Shown: positions 10,668-22,090 of the stretch, piece after piece
Layout: each line of letters starts with the position of its first letter
Position numbering within the stretch: the stretch's first letter is position 1
Source of the DNA: Promethearchaeota archaeon
GTDB taxonomy: Archaea > Asgardarchaeota > Lokiarchaeia > Sigyniarchaeales > SOKP01
Direction: 5' to 3'
Length of the DNA: 64,000 bases
NCBI GenBank assembly: GCA_048940445.1
Contig: JBHLON010000005.1
Location: 1-64,000 of the forward strand
Made by a program: the position numbers and the translations under genes
Notes under the pieces: generated by a model
What the model was told of the DNA's origin: nothing
Databases searched by the model: none
Seen by the model: the letters and a program-made list of their open reading frames with translations, nothing else

Positions 10668-10706
10668 TCTATTTAAAAAAGTAATAGTAATTAAATTAAT
10701 TTTCTG

Positions 10707-11429
10707 TTATAAATTCTTTAATATAAGGAAAGCTATAGGAATAAGCCATAAGAAAGAAGCAAATAACATAATCCATTCAAGAAATTGTAGAGTAACTGAA
10801 TAAGGAGGGAAAATAAATAAAATGCTGGCAGTAAAAGGACCAATCATCATATATAATCCAAGAATCCTTGGAAAAATCGTTTTTTTTAATAAAATTGCAA
10901 TACCATTGAATAACGCTCCAAATGCTAAGCTTACAAATACTAAAATTGAAAAAGTGAAGTGTAATCCTAAAGCAGTTGTTCTATCTTCGCTAAATAATCC
11001 AATACCAAATAATCCAACAGATGCTGATATAAGAGACATTAATCCTAATAAAGCATGAATATCTACATATACGTAAAAAAATCTCTTTAAAAATGATTGA
11101 TTTGAGTCATAAATAATATTTCTAGTATTAACAACAATACTTTTTGTAATATAAAAATGAACTGGAATTAAAAAGAACGCAGTGGCCATAGCTATTGCAT
11201 CTAAGATGAAAGGTGTTGGCGTATAATGCATTGAACCTAAGTCGCTTATATAATTATTAATTATATTATAGCCTTCTGGGCCAAAAAAATATGCTATTAG
11301 TACTGCAATGAGTAATCCGGGCAAAAATGTTATTAAACTTGCATAGATGCCGAACCTTACAACCCTTTGACTTGTTAATTTATTATAAATATTTTTTAAT
11401 TTTTTTGGAAATTGATCTACTCTTATCAT
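10707..11429 (-). CDS. Multi-pass membrane protein, DUF998-like
   Basis: YNIINNYISDLG, GIGLFSED, LHF, LEW; about 6 hydrophobic segments. Confidence 0.6.
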   Translation of the reverse strand: MIRVDQFPKKLKNIYNKLTSQRVVRFGIYASLITFLPGLLIAVLIAYFFGPEGYNIINNYISDLGSMHYTPTPFILDAIAMATAFFLIPVHFYITKSIVVNTRNIIYDSNQSFLKRFFYVYVDIHALLGLMSLISASVGLFGIGLFSEDRTTALGLHFTFSILVFVSLAFGALFNGIAILLKKTIFPRILGLYMMIGPFTASILFIFPPYSVTLQFLEWIMLFASFLWLIPIAFLILKNL

Positions 11430-11493
11430 TTACAATTATAATCTAAATTTAGCTTTAAAATTAATTGAAAATTAAAAAAAAAAGAAAAATAGT

Positions 11494-12777
11494 TTAATAT
11501 ACATTTTTTATCTTTTGAATTTTATAGATTTTATAGAAATTACCAATCATTCCTCCAATTATTCCAAGGACTATAATTATTATGACCCAGAAATAAATGA
11601 TATAAGCTATATCAGAAGTATTTAATAGAATTATATGTATAGTGTCACCTGAAAAGAAGGAAATTGGGAAAATTTCTGGTTTATCAATTAGAAATAAAAA
11701 TAAGGGTATATAAATAGCATTATAGCATGTTTTTATTCCTAATACAATTTGTTGGGCTGTATAATTTCTAACACCTGCAATTAATCTAACGAGATCAAAT
11801 AAACCACCTACAAATATTAATAGCCCAAAAAGTTTTAACCAATCTAAAAATTCAACAGCAAATCCACTAATTCCTGCGAAGGGTTGTACTATTAAAAATA
11901 ATCCAAAAATTATTCCTGCAATAGCTCCAAAGATAAGTTCACCTAAAGAAACAGGTTGCATCTTTTTCATTTTTCGTTTTTGCTCTGCTATTGCTTTCTT
12001 TTCCTCGCGAAGCCGCTTACTTCTTTCCAATTTTTCTTCCCTACGTATTCTTGCCTCTAATAATCTTTGTTCTCGTCTTAATTCAGTTGCTGCTAATCTT
12101 TCTTCTCTTAAAGCTTTAACTTCAGCTAATTTATCTTCAACCCTAGCTTGAGATTGAGCAATTACCTCTCTAACTTTTGCTTTTGCTTGCATAAGTCTTT
12201 CTTTTGTGTATTCTTTAGTCTCTTGTAAATCTTGCTGTGTAAGATGAAAAGGGAAAATTAGTGCTAATCGGGAGGGTATTACCCCAAAATCTTCTGGTAA
12301 AAAGCCCTGCATTGAGAAAAATACGAATATTCCAGTGATGACTATAGCTGTGATTAAACATCCAATCCATATTCCTGTAATCATACCGCCTATTGCTTCC
12401 CAAGGTGAAAAAAACAATCTAAAGATTCCAATTATAATGTTTAGAACGATAACAACAATAAAAAAGAAAAACATTGTTCTTAAGTAAAATTCAAAAAGTT
12501 CCTCAGTTATATATAACTTGGGAGTACCACGCTTTTTATAAAACCTTGCGATACTTTCTGGAGATCCAATTTGTATTAATGCTTGTTGGATATCAGCTGG
12601 TGAAGGATCTCCTCCACCAGCGATTTTTTTCGCTTCTTCTAAGATCTGTATATTAAGATCATTTAATATCGTATTAACTTCCTCTTTTTTGGGTTTTAAC
12701 CATTCAGGTAATTTCTTTCGTACTTGTTCTAAATAATTATTAACCGTTTCGTTTTCAGAATAACTCAAATTAAACAA
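11494..12777 (-). CDS. Membrane protein with N-terminal HAAS-like domain and a central charged helical insert
   Basis: VNNYLEQVRKKLP...IGSPESIARFY; TM segments flank an E/R/K-rich stretch. Confidence 0.55.
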   Translation of the reverse strand: MFNLSYSENETVNNYLEQVRKKLPEWLKPKKEEVNTILNDLNIQILEEAKKIAGGGDPSPADIQQALIQIGSPESIARFYKKRGTPKLYITEELFEFYLRTMFFFFIVVIVLNIIIGIFRLFFSPWEAIGGMITGIWIGCLITAIVITGIFVFFSMQGFLPEDFGVIPSRLALIFPFHLTQQDLQETKEYTKERLMQAKAKVREVIAQSQARVEDKLAEVKALREERLAATELRREQRLLEARIRREEKLERSKRLREEKKAIAEQKRKMKKMQPVSLGELIFGAIAGIIFGLFLIVQPFAGISGFAVEFLDWLKLFGLLIFVGGLFDLVRLIAGVRNYTAQQIVLGIKTCYNAIYIPLFLFLIDKPEIFPISFFSGDTIHIILLNTSDIAYIIYFWVIIIIVLGIIGGMIGNFYKIYKIQKIKNVY

Positions 12778-12934
12778 CCTTACGATTTTTATAGCAATTT
12801 AATTTTGATAAATAAAGATAAGATTTGGATTTTATTAAAAAATTTGGAGACCAGTTTTCAATAATATCTTTTAAATGATAGTAGAGCTAATTTATTTATA
12901 ATAAGCTAACTAATAATTAAAATCAAAAACAGGT

Positions 12935-14362
12935 ATGAAAAATAATCCCAATAAAGCTCAAGAAATTAAGAAACGGAGAAAATTTGGAATACATCTAACC
13001 TCAAAAGAAATTTTTCATAAATATATTTATCCAGAAATAAAATTAGATCTAAATGATTATATCTGGCTTGACTCTTACGCTGGGGAAGGTAATTTGATTT
13101 TACCAATCTTGGAATACATAGATCCGAGTAAACGGGAAGAATTCTTTTTAAATCATCTATTTCTTTTTGATGTTCAAGAGGATATGGTTGAAAAAAGTAT
13201 AAAAAATGCTCAATTGTATGGAATATCAGAAGAAGTTGCGAAATCTAATATATTTATTCGAGACAATTTAGAGAGCTTTCCTCAATTTCTTAAAGAAAAG
13301 GAGTTTCCAATTTATCATATCACTAATCCCCCCTACTTATATTTAGGATATATTAAAAAGCACCTTGAAACGCAACAATATCTTAAATACTTTAAAGATA
13401 AAAATAACGGTTATCAAGATTTATATCAAATTGCTATGATAAATGATTTAAGAAATGGAATTGAAAATTTAATTTATATTATCCCTTCAAATTTTCTATT
13501 CGGAGCCTCAGTATCCAACAAATTTCGATTAGATTTCTTAAAAAACTATAAAATAAATAAAATGATTATTTTTGAGATTAAAATCTTTGAATTTACAGGA
13601 TCTCATATATGTATTGGCTTTTTTAAGAAAAAAATTGAATCTAAAATAGAAAATGTAAAATTTTCAGGTATCAAGATCAAGAAAGGAAATCAAATTATTC
13701 AAAAAAATTACATGTTAAAGGCTAATCATAAATTTAGAGCAGGATATGAATTCGATGAATTTTTAAAAAAGTATTGTGCCATTTATCCCTTAAAAGTAGA
13801 GTATTATTTATCACAAAAGATGGTTTCTCAAAATTTAGGAAATTATAAAGTTAAAGTAATTGATGCTAATCAATATAAAAATAATGAATATAAAAAACAA
13901 TATTTAGAAATTAACGAAAAATTGAAACATAAATTAGAATCAAATATATTGTATGTAAGAACTGTCGATACTGGTTCTCAAAACGGAAGAGCCGGATTAG
14001 AAATTATTTATGATGACTTTCATGTTCAGGGAATATATGTCTCTAAAAAGCCTTATCGAACTCATCCAATCCAAATATTCTTCGATCCACAACTACCAAA
14101 AGATGATCTAATTTTACTAAAAGACTATTTCAATTATATATTAGAACATTATAGAAACTTTTTAGATAGTGAATTTCTAACAACTTATAAATATTCAAAT
14201 GCGGATTATACTAGAAAATACTTAGGTTTAAATCAAACAAGAAGACTAATTGAAACCTTTCCTTTTAAAAAATTAACTGAATCTGATAAGCAGAATCTTA
14301 ACAAGTTAATAAAAGCAGACTTATTTGAAGACATTGTGCAATTATTAGATGATTTTAAATAA
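12935..14362 (+). CDS. Putative N6-adenine DNA methyltransferase
   Basis: DSYAGEGNL (motif I), ITNPPY (motif IV), YIIPSNFL. Confidence 0.7.
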   Translation: MKNNPNKAQEIKKRRKFGIHLTSKEIFHKYIYPEIKLDLNDYIWLDSYAGEGNLILPILEYIDPSKREEFFLNHLFLFDVQEDMVEKSIKNAQLYGISEEVAKSNIFIRDNLESFPQFLKEKEFPIYHITNPPYLYLGYIKKHLETQQYLKYFKDKNNGYQDLYQIAMINDLRNGIENLIYIIPSNFLFGASVSNKFRLDFLKNYKINKMIIFEIKIFEFTGSHICIGFFKKKIESKIENVKFSGIKIKKGNQIIQKNYMLKANHKFRAGYEFDEFLKKYCAIYPLKVEYYLSQKMVSQNLGNYKVKVIDANQYKNNEYKKQYLEINEKLKHKLESNILYVRTVDTGSQNGRAGLEIIYDDFHVQGIYVSKKPYRTHPIQIFFDPQLPKDDLILLKDYFNYILEHYRNFLDSEFLTTYKYSNADYTRKYLGLNQTRRLIETFPFKKLTESDKQNLNKLIKADLFEDIVQLLDDFK

Positions 14363-14366
14363 CTTT

Positions 14367-15239
14367 TTAAATACTTGCAAGTAAGAATGCTACTAAACCT
14401 AAAAAGGCTCCTACCTTCAAAAATAAACTGATCTTCTTAAAGTCTCCGTATGCCGACTTGACAAAAAACATTAATATTATAGCATATCCTACAGCTACTA
14501 ATCCAAAAATCATAGAGACTAAAAACAATGGATGGTTAAGAATAGGAGTAAAATAGGGCAGGATAAAGAAAATTATCGCTGTAAACGAAAATATGATAGC
14601 CAATTTTGTAGATTTTTCTATACCAATCATAATTGCTAATGTTTTTACATGTAATTCACGATCTCCCTCAACATCTTCACATCCCTTTATCACTTCACGC
14701 GAGAGTAATAGAAAGAATGATGTTAAAAAAAAGAAATAAATATATAACGGAATAGTAGCACTATTTAATACTGCTCCATAAATTAATCCTATTGAAAAAG
14801 ATACACTAACAGTCAAATTTCCAAAAAATCCACTCTTTTTACCCCATTTAGCATATACCCATCCCATAATTCCAAAAAATACAGCGAGAATAATATTTAA
14901 AAATCCGATTTTAAAATAAAGACTTTGAAAAATAGAAATTGCCACTCCAATTCCAAATGTAGTAAAAAATATAATTTTGGCTTGCTTTAAGCTCACTCTA
15001 CCACTTGGTATTGGTCTTTTTGGACGGTTTATTTTGTCTATTTCAAGGTCATAAATGTCATTAATAACCATACCAGATCCAGCAATAAAGAAATAAGTTA
15101 GAGCCCCTAAAATTATATTTATTATAATAAGATTAAATAATACATTAGTTCTTGTATTTAAAATACCAATTATCACTGTTAAACTTCCCATTAAATCATT
15201 TATGGGACGAATTATTTCAATCGAATCTTTTAATTTCAT
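14367..15239 (-). CDS. Digeranylgeranylglyceryl phosphate synthase (UbiA family)
   Basis: NDIYDLEIDKINRPKRPIPSG, REVIKGCEDVEGD; lipid operon context. Confidence 0.88.
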   Translation of the reverse strand: MKLKDSIEIIRPINDLMGSLTVIIGILNTRTNVLFNLIIINIILGALTYFFIAGSGMVINDIYDLEIDKINRPKRPIPSGRVSLKQAKIIFFTTFGIGVAISIFQSLYFKIGFLNIILAVFFGIMGWVYAKWGKKSGFFGNLTVSVSFSIGLIYGAVLNSATIPLYIYFFFLTSFFLLLSREVIKGCEDVEGDRELHVKTLAIMIGIEKSTKLAIIFSFTAIIFFILPYFTPILNHPLFLVSMIFGLVAVGYAIILMFFVKSAYGDFKKISLFLKVGAFLGLVAFLLASI

Positions 15240-15250
15240 AAGATGGAACC

Positions 15251-16078
15251 TTATTTCAATGGAAAGGTTTTTTTACAATCGATACCAGCTTGCTTTATTT
15301 CATCAATTATAGATTTTAAAGATGTCCCATTATCATGTAAGATGTTATTTTCTAAATAAGTCCCCATTACAATAATATTTGCTCCTGCTTCAACGAATTC
15401 TCTAGCAGTATCTTTGTTTTTTACCCCACCGCCAGCTATGATCGGAATATTTAACAAGCTAGAACAAAGTTGGATGGTTTCTGAAGGTATTCTTTCACTT
15501 CCCGAACCTGCTTCTAAATATAATAGCTTATAACCAATCATTTCAGCTGCAAGAGAGTAAGCTGCTGTCAGTTTTGGTTTATTTCTTGGAAGTAATTTAG
15601 CTCTTCCGATCCAACCAGCTGTACCTCCAGGCTCAATTATTAAATAAGCTGTTGAAATTGGTTCAATATTCAAAACTTTAATTGTATATGAAGCAAGTGC
15701 TTGATCACCAATAATGTTTCTTGGATCCTCGGAATTTAAAAGAGACATAAATAGTATAGCATCTGCTTCTTTAGAAATATTAGTAATCCCCCCTGGAAAA
15801 ATTATTACTGGCAAGTCGATTTTTTCCTTTATGGCTAAAATCGTCTCATCGACAAAACGTTGATCAAAAACAGTACTCCCTCCAATTAAAATGGCATCAG
15901 TTCCTGCTTCATGAGCACATTCTGCTATTTTAGCAGCTTTTTTGGGACTTTGTTTTACAGGATCTGGATCAATTAAAGAAAAATGTAAAGCACCTTGACT
16001 ATTGATTCTATTTATGATATACTTATAAGTGCTTATCTTCATAGATTTACTTGTCAAAATATCTTCCATAAAATTCAC
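15251..16078 (-). CDS. Geranylgeranylglyceryl phosphate synthase (PcrB family)
   Basis: LIDPD, DAILIGGS, FMSLLNS, YLEAGSG, AGGGV. Confidence 0.92.
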   Translation of the reverse strand: MNFMEDILTSKSMKISTYKYIINRINSQGALHFSLIDPDPVKQSPKKAAKIAECAHEAGTDAILIGGSTVFDQRFVDETILAIKEKIDLPVIIFPGGITNISKEADAILFMSLLNSEDPRNIIGDQALASYTIKVLNIEPISTAYLIIEPGGTAGWIGRAKLLPRNKPKLTAAYSLAAEMIGYKLLYLEAGSGSERIPSETIQLCSSLLNIPIIAGGGVKNKDTAREFVEAGANIIVMGTYLENNILHDNGTSLKSIIDEIKQAGIDCKKTFPLK

Positions 16079-16087
16079 TATTAATAA

Positions 16088-17482
16088 TTAATTAACTTTT
16101 TTAGTATTTATTAACATTTTTCTAATTTTGTCGTAAACTTGATTTACTTTATTTTTCCATTCTTCAAAATCATTTATGCTCTTTGGAAAACTTTTGTATA
16201 AATTCGAAATTTCTTTCATTCTAATCCTTAAGTAATTCAAATCTAGTAATAAATTAGGTTGCGTAATCCCTTTTAGAGCTTTATTGACCATGCTTAAAAG
16301 ATTCAAATTCAAACCTCCAGTTGATGAGATCTCTAATATTTCCTCACCTGTGAGTAAATCCTTTTCGAGTCCAAAATTTATTTCAGCGTTATTTAGCACT
16401 TGTAAGGTCATTCTTAGTAAATCTAAAGCAGCAAATTCAGCCCCAAAACTTGTCATGACTTTAGAATTATATTCCCATAAGGTATTAATTGAATAATCTT
16501 CCTTTTGAATCGCCTCTAAAGCCGTTTCTGCAGCAAAAAATCCACCTCTCATCGAAGGATCAATACCCCCACCATGCAAGGGGTTAACTTGAGAAGCGGC
16601 ATCTCCTACTAGCATTATTCCATCATCCGCGCATGACCAAAGAGGTCTTCTTACAGGAACAACACCTCCACCTGAAGAAACTATTTCATAATGTGTTGTT
16701 TTTATGAATTCTTCAAAAACATTCTTTTGATAGTAATCCTTTACTTTGCCTTTTAAATCAGGGAAAGCGCCTATCCCTATATTTATAGAATATTCATTTT
16801 TAGGAAAATACCAGATATATCCACCTGGTGCTTTTTTTTGATCTAAGAAAATTGATATATATTCTGGATCTTTCACCTTAAGGTCTTTGTTTGGAAATTT
16901 AACAATTTCTCTATAACATAAAATTATATCCTTCTGAGAGATATTATTTTCAATTATTTCACTCTTGATATTTTTCCTTAAAGGTGAATGAAAACCAGAA
17001 GCATCAATTACGATTTTAGATTTCAATTCCTTCTTCTCACCTCTTTTTAATTTAACTTTTACACCAGAAACAGATTTTTGTTTATAAATCAAATCTAAAA
17101 CCATTGTATTATCCAAAAATTGCGAAATTCCGTTATCTAAGGCCTCATTTAAGAGTCTTTGTCCAAATTCTTGCCTATTTACTATATATCCTGCCTGTTT
17201 TGGATCCTTAAGGTCAATGCATTTTTTTAAATTTGGTGAATATAATTTAGCACCTTTTATATGGCAAGATAACTCATTTCCCCTTGGATGATTGATTTTT
17301 AGAAATTCAAATATTTCAGTACCAACAGCATCCCCACATATCTTATCTCCAATTTTATTTTTTTCTTTTCTATCAATAAGACACACTTCTAATCCACTTT
17401 TGGCAGCAAAACGAGCTGCTGTAGTTCCGCCTGTGCCTGAACCAACAACAATTACATCAAAAGAATTTTTAATTGTCTCCAT
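16088..17482 (-). CDS. Digeranylgeranylglycerophospholipid (geranylgeranyl) reductase
   Basis: VGSGTGG, KICGDA, PGGYIWYFPK, VGDAASQVNPLHGGGI. Confidence 0.88.
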   Translation of the reverse strand: METIKNSFDVIVVGSGTGGTTAARFAAKSGLEVCLIDRKEKNKIGDKICGDAVGTEIFEFLKINHPRGNELSCHIKGAKLYSPNLKKCIDLKDPKQAGYIVNRQEFGQRLLNEALDNGISQFLDNTMVLDLIYKQKSVSGVKVKLKRGEKKELKSKIVIDASGFHSPLRKNIKSEIIENNISQKDIILCYREIVKFPNKDLKVKDPEYISIFLDQKKAPGGYIWYFPKNEYSINIGIGAFPDLKGKVKDYYQKNVFEEFIKTTHYEIVSSGGGVVPVRRPLWSCADDGIMLVGDAASQVNPLHGGGIDPSMRGGFFAAETALEAIQKEDYSINTLWEYNSKVMTSFGAEFAALDLLRMTLQVLNNAEINFGLEKDLLTGEEILEISSTGGLNLNLLSMVNKALKGITQPNLLLDLNYLRIRMKEISNLYKSFPKSINDFEEWKNKVNQVYDKIRKMLINTKKVN

Positions 17483-17489
17483 TTTGCCA

Positions 17490-18239
17490 TCATTTAATAT
17501 AATAAGTTAATAGAAATATGATTAAAGTTGTTAAAATTGGCACGGTTAAATCATCCCATGTGCTTGGAGAAATCAATTCCACAACAGTAGCTAATGCACT
17601 GGTAATTAGTGATATCATTAAAGCAAATCCGATTGAAATTTGGATTTGAGTCAATGGATTTGTAACTCCCAAAAATGTAAAAACAATAAAGCAAAGAATA
17701 AATCCGCTCCCAAAAAATGATAAAGACCCTTCTAACGTTCTGGTTGATTTTATCCAAGGAATTCTTATATTTATTCGTCCATATCTTTTTCCAATGATCG
17801 ATGCGATTGTATCAGAAACTATCATAAGTAATATCCCTGCAATAGGAAAATATAACTGATTAGGAGCAACGATCACAAAAAATGTTATCAATCCTGCAAG
17901 AGATAGGCAATAATGAAATGGTCCTTGGAGATAACCCACCTTTTCCTCTGCTTCTTCTCCAATTGAATCATAAATTTCTTTCAATTGCTTAACTTTCGAT
18001 TTTTTGGAGCTAAGTAATACTAAAATTGTAAGAGTGCCAGCGATTATAACTGGCCACCATTTCCAAGCATAAAATGGACTTGAAAATACAGACAATCCAG
18101 CAAACAAATGGACTATTTTTCTTGCTTGAAATTTTGAAATTTTCTCCCTTTTTTTTAGCTGAACAGGTATAAGAATAGTAATAAATATGTACAGATATGT
18201 TAGCAATACGATTATTAAGTCAAACAAATAGGGGTTCAT
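17490..18239 (-). CDS. CTP-dependent polyprenol kinase (phytol/dolichol kinase-like), membrane
   Basis: ARKIVH, DTIASIIGKRYG, RTLEGSL, ELISP..DDLTVP. Confidence 0.8.
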   Translation of the reverse strand: MNPYLFDLIIVLLTYLYIFITILIPVQLKKREKISKFQARKIVHLFAGLSVFSSPFYAWKWWPVIIAGTLTILVLLSSKKSKVKQLKEIYDSIGEEAEEKVGYLQGPFHYCLSLAGLITFFVIVAPNQLYFPIAGILLMIVSDTIASIIGKRYGRINIRIPWIKSTRTLEGSLSFFGSGFILCFIVFTFLGVTNPLTQIQISIGFALMISLITSALATVVELISPSTWDDLTVPILTTLIIFLLTYYIK

Positions 18240-18437
18240 TGAAATCTATTACATTTAACATTTTGATTTTAATTATCCCAAGAAAAATTTTATTTATTAA
18301 AAACAAAATGACACTATTCTGAGTATTAAATGTAATAAAGAGAGAGAAGGCTTTTTTTAAATGAATCATTATAACTCTATTGATGCTATAAAGACTCATA
18401 ACCTAAAGAAAATTAACTAAACTAAAAAGGACATAAT

Positions 18438-19643
18438 ATGACTCCCTTTTCGTTATTAATAAAGCCAACCTCTGCAGACTGTAATTTAAGATGTGACTAT
18501 TGTTTTTATATTAACCATTTGAGTGTTGTAGAACCAAAACCTAGAATGTCGGATGAAATTCTTGATCATTTAATTGCTAGCTATATGAAAACTGATCAAA
18601 ATAATCACTATGTTTTTGGTTGGCAAGGGGGCGAACCTATACTAATGGGGCTGAAGTTTTTCAAAAAAGTTGTTGATCTTCAAATAAAATATGCACCTCG
18701 AGGAAGTATAATAGCCAATGGCCTTCAAACCAATGGAACTCTCATTACAGACGAATTAGCACGATTTTTTAGGAATTATAAATTTCTGCTTGGAGTCAGT
18801 TTAGATGGTCCAGAATATTTGCATGATTATTATAGAAAGTCAATACAACAAAAACCAACCCATTCATTAGTGATGCGCGGAATAAGTAAGTTAAGACAAA
18901 ATGATGTTGAATTCAATATTTTAACCTTAATTAATGACCTCACGGTGAAAAAGGGTAAAGAGATATATCATTATTTACGAGAAAACGGTTTTTTTTATCA
19001 TCAATATATTCCTTGTGTTGAATTTGACGATAACAATAATTTGATGCCCTATTCAATATCTGGTGAAGAGTGGGGGAAGTTCTTATGTGAAATATTTGAT
19101 GAATGGGTTAAAGTAGACATTAATAGAGTTTCTATTCGTTTATTCGATTCGATTTTAGATTTCTTAGTAAATAAAAGTTATAATATCTGTCATATGGGAA
19201 ATTCTTGTTGTCAATATTTTCTTATTGAATACGATGGGAGTGTCTATCCTTGCGATTTTTTTGTAAGAGCTAATCTATATCTTGGAAATATATTAAGTAA
19301 GACATGGGAAGATTTGTTAAATTCTCCCCTATACAATCATTTTGGAAGTCAAAAATGTAATTGGAATATTAATTGTCAATCGTGTAATTATCTGCTTTAT
19401 TGTCATGGAGATTGTCAAAAGTTTCGAACTGGAATTGCTCAAAGTAGTAGCGCATTGAGCTCGCTATGTAAAGGCTGGAAAATTTTCTATAATCATTCAT
19501 TACCATATTTTAAAAAAATTGCCGAGCAAATAAAGAAAGGGGATACTAAAAATATTTCAATTAAAAAGGAGAAAAAGATAAGCAGGAATGAGCCTTGTCC
19601 TTGTGGAAGCGGTAAAAAATATAAGAATTGTTGTTTAAAATAA
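18438..19643 (+). CDS. Anaerobic sulfatase maturase (radical SAM/SPASM) with C-terminal SEC-C motif
   Basis: [50 protein letters not shown]. Confidence 0.9.
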   Translation: MTPFSLLIKPTSADCNLRCDYCFYINHLSVVEPKPRMSDEILDHLIASYMKTDQNNHYVFGWQGGEPILMGLKFFKKVVDLQIKYAPRGSIIANGLQTNGTLITDELARFFRNYKFLLGVSLDGPEYLHDYYRKSIQQKPTHSLVMRGISKLRQNDVEFNILTLINDLTVKKGKEIYHYLRENGFFYHQYIPCVEFDDNNNLMPYSISGEEWGKFLCEIFDEWVKVDINRVSIRLFDSILDFLVNKSYNICHMGNSCCQYFLIEYDGSVYPCDFFVRANLYLGNILSKTWEDLLNSPLYNHFGSQKCNWNINCQSCNYLLYCHGDCQKFRTGIAQSSSALSSLCKGWKIFYNHSLPYFKKIAEQIKKGDTKNISIKKEKKISRNEPCPCGSGKKYKNCCLK

Positions 19644-19712
19644 TTGATTTATAAAAATTTATAATTTAAATAGAATATGATAAAGTAGACATAATAATTC
19701 TATGAAAACATT

Positions 19713-20969
19713 ATGCTCAGAGTGGGAATAATTGGATGTGGAGATATTGCTAATCTTAATGTATTAGGATACTTAACTTCCTATGATACAGAACTTGTCG
19801 CAGTTTGTGATAGTGATATTAAAAGAGCTGGAGAGAAGGTTGAACGATGGGGATTAAGAACTCTTAATATCTATGAAGATTATAAGAAGATGGTAGATCG
19901 CGAAAATCTTGATATTGTTGAAATCTTAACTCCACATAATCTTCATGCTCCAATTGCAGAATATTGTGCAAAAGCAAGGATTTCAGGAATTTCAGTACAG
20001 AAGCCATTAGCTCATACAATTAAAGATTGCGATAAAATTATTCAAGTTTGTAATAAATATAAGGTAAAATTGAAACTTTATGAGAATTTTCGATTCTATC
20101 CTGTATTTTTAAAAGCAAAAGAATTGTTGAATCAAGGTATAATTGGAGAACTCTTAAATTTTCGTATAAACACTATTGCGCTTGGTGGTCCTAGTATGGA
20201 TGTGGATGTTAAATCTCTCGTTTGGCGTCGAAAGATTGAAACATGTGGGGGTGGTCCATGGATATATGACGATGGAATTCATAAATTTTCCATGGCTTTA
20301 TGGTTGATGGAGCAGGATAGAGTTGAGGAAGTTTACGCTTGGATAGATTATTTTTCTACACTTATGGATAACCCTGGTTACATTTTCTGGAAATATCCTA
20401 AAAAGAATCCGGATGATCTTCCCCGATATGGTTCAATGCAATTTACATTAGCTCCTAATGTTTATTATCCTAATAATTATTATCATTGTGATGAATTTAT
20501 TGAAATTTCTGGTACAAAGGGAATAATGTGGCTTAATCAATGTACGGGAGGGGGAAATTTCTTATCAAAGTCCTCTCAATATCCCCCCATTGTAGTATAT
20601 AGTAATGGAACAGTAAAGTCTTTTGGTAAGGACCTACCAAGAGATTGGAGATATTCTTTTATTAAATCTACTGAACATTTTATCAAAGTAATAAAAAATG
20701 GAGGGATTCCTATTTATACTGGAGATCAAGGAAAAAATTTGTGTATTTTCGCCAAAATGCCCTATATTTCATATCAACAAAATAAAATTATTTCATGGGA
20801 TGAAATCAATGCAAAAAATGAGGATGAGAATAAATGTATAGTAGAGGAACCTTCAAATCTTGATTCAAGTGGATATGTAAAATTTTTAAAGAGAAGCAAG
20901 AATGACTTGAAAAAAGGTGTAAATCAGGGATTAAAAAACAGTGAATTTAAGTACCAATTTGAGCTTTGA
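19713..20969 (+). CDS. Gfo/Idh/MocA oxidoreductase
   Basis: VGIIGCG, ILTPHNLH, VQKP, DDGIH. Confidence 0.85.
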   Translation: MLRVGIIGCGDIANLNVLGYLTSYDTELVAVCDSDIKRAGEKVERWGLRTLNIYEDYKKMVDRENLDIVEILTPHNLHAPIAEYCAKARISGISVQKPLAHTIKDCDKIIQVCNKYKVKLKLYENFRFYPVFLKAKELLNQGIIGELLNFRINTIALGGPSMDVDVKSLVWRRKIETCGGGPWIYDDGIHKFSMALWLMEQDRVEEVYAWIDYFSTLMDNPGYIFWKYPKKNPDDLPRYGSMQFTLAPNVYYPNNYYHCDEFIEISGTKGIMWLNQCTGGGNFLSKSSQYPPIVVYSNGTVKSFGKDLPRDWRYSFIKSTEHFIKVIKNGGIPIYTGDQGKNLCIFAKMPYISYQQNKIISWDEINAKNEDENKCIVEEPSNLDSSGYVKFLKRSKNDLKKGVNQGLKNSEFKYQFEL

Positions 20970-20983
20970 TTACCTTTAAACTG

Positions 20984-22090
20984 TTATTCAATCCCATCTA
21001 AATAAATCTCTTTACCTGATTCCGCTGAATTTATAGCAGCTAAGTTAAATTTCAAAGTTCTTCTTGCATCCTCTCCAGATAAGATCGGTTCTTTTTCACC
21101 TTTCACAGCTTTAATAAAGTGCTTAGTAGCATTTATAAAACTATATTTCCAATCATTTTCGAAATTATAATAAGACTCTACTTCTCCATCTCTTATTATT
21201 CCAATTGGTGGAAAAATTTCTGATTCAGTCATGATATTTCCTATCGAAGTTCCTTGATTAATTCTCATTATGCCCCTTGTAGCAATTATTTCAATAAATT
21301 CATCAGTAGGATAATATTTTGAAGGGATGATTGCTTCTGGCATTAATGAGAATTCCATATGGCCATATTGTGGAACAACATGTTCTTTACTTTGTTTATA
21401 TTTGAACATCACATAAGAAGGGGCATCTATACCTTCAAATTTGTCAGTCCAAGCGAAAACTTTTTCAATTTCTTCACCAAACATCCATTGAGCAAGAACA
21501 AACATATGCCATCCATTATCTAGTAACACTGGAGAACCTTCTTGCCCACCTCCTATTCTTTTTGGATCTTTCCTCCAAGTTCTAGTGCTTTCTGGAATTC
21601 TCCAGCCCCCTTTCGCACCCAGGGCTACTTTAAGCCGGATAGATGTAGGATCGCCGATATAATCTTCATTTATTAATTCCATTGCTTTCTTAATATGCGG
21701 AGCAAAAAGAAAATTCTCGTAAACAGATAACACAGAATCTGATTCTTTACAAGCTAGAATCATAGAATCTGCTTCCTTTAAAGTCAAAGCAATAGGTTTC
21801 TGAACTGAGATTCCCTTAACACCGCTATTTGCAGCCGCTAATGTAGTTTCAGCATGTAGATGGTGAGGTAGAAGTATCTCAACAATATCTAAATCTTCCT
21901 TATTTAACATATCTTTATAATTAGAATATATTGAAATGTTATTACTTAAATTAAATTTTTCAATTTTATTATTAGCCTTTTGAATGGTTCTATTACATAA
22001 TGCAACAATTTTAACCTCATCATTATTTAGATATCCAAGAACATTTAAATCAAAAATTACACCTGTACCTATAAAGCCTACCTTATACAT
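20984..22090 (-). CDS. Gfo/Idh/MocA oxidoreductase (paralog of the convergent neighbour)
   Basis: VGFIGTG, LLPHHLH, VQKP, LDNGWH. Confidence 0.85.
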   Translation of the reverse strand: MYKVGFIGTGVIFDLNVLGYLNNDEVKIVALCNRTIQKANNKIEKFNLSNNISIYSNYKDMLNKEDLDIVEILLPHHLHAETTLAAANSGVKGISVQKPIALTLKEADSMILACKESDSVLSVYENFLFAPHIKKAMELINEDYIGDPTSIRLKVALGAKGGWRIPESTRTWRKDPKRIGGGQEGSPVLLDNGWHMFVLAQWMFGEEIEKVFAWTDKFEGIDAPSYVMFKYKQSKEHVVPQYGHMEFSLMPEAIIPSKYYPTDEFIEIIATRGIMRINQGTSIGNIMTESEIFPPIGIIRDGEVESYYNFENDWKYSFINATKHFIKAVKGEKEPILSGEDARRTLKFNLAAINSAESGKEIYLDGIE

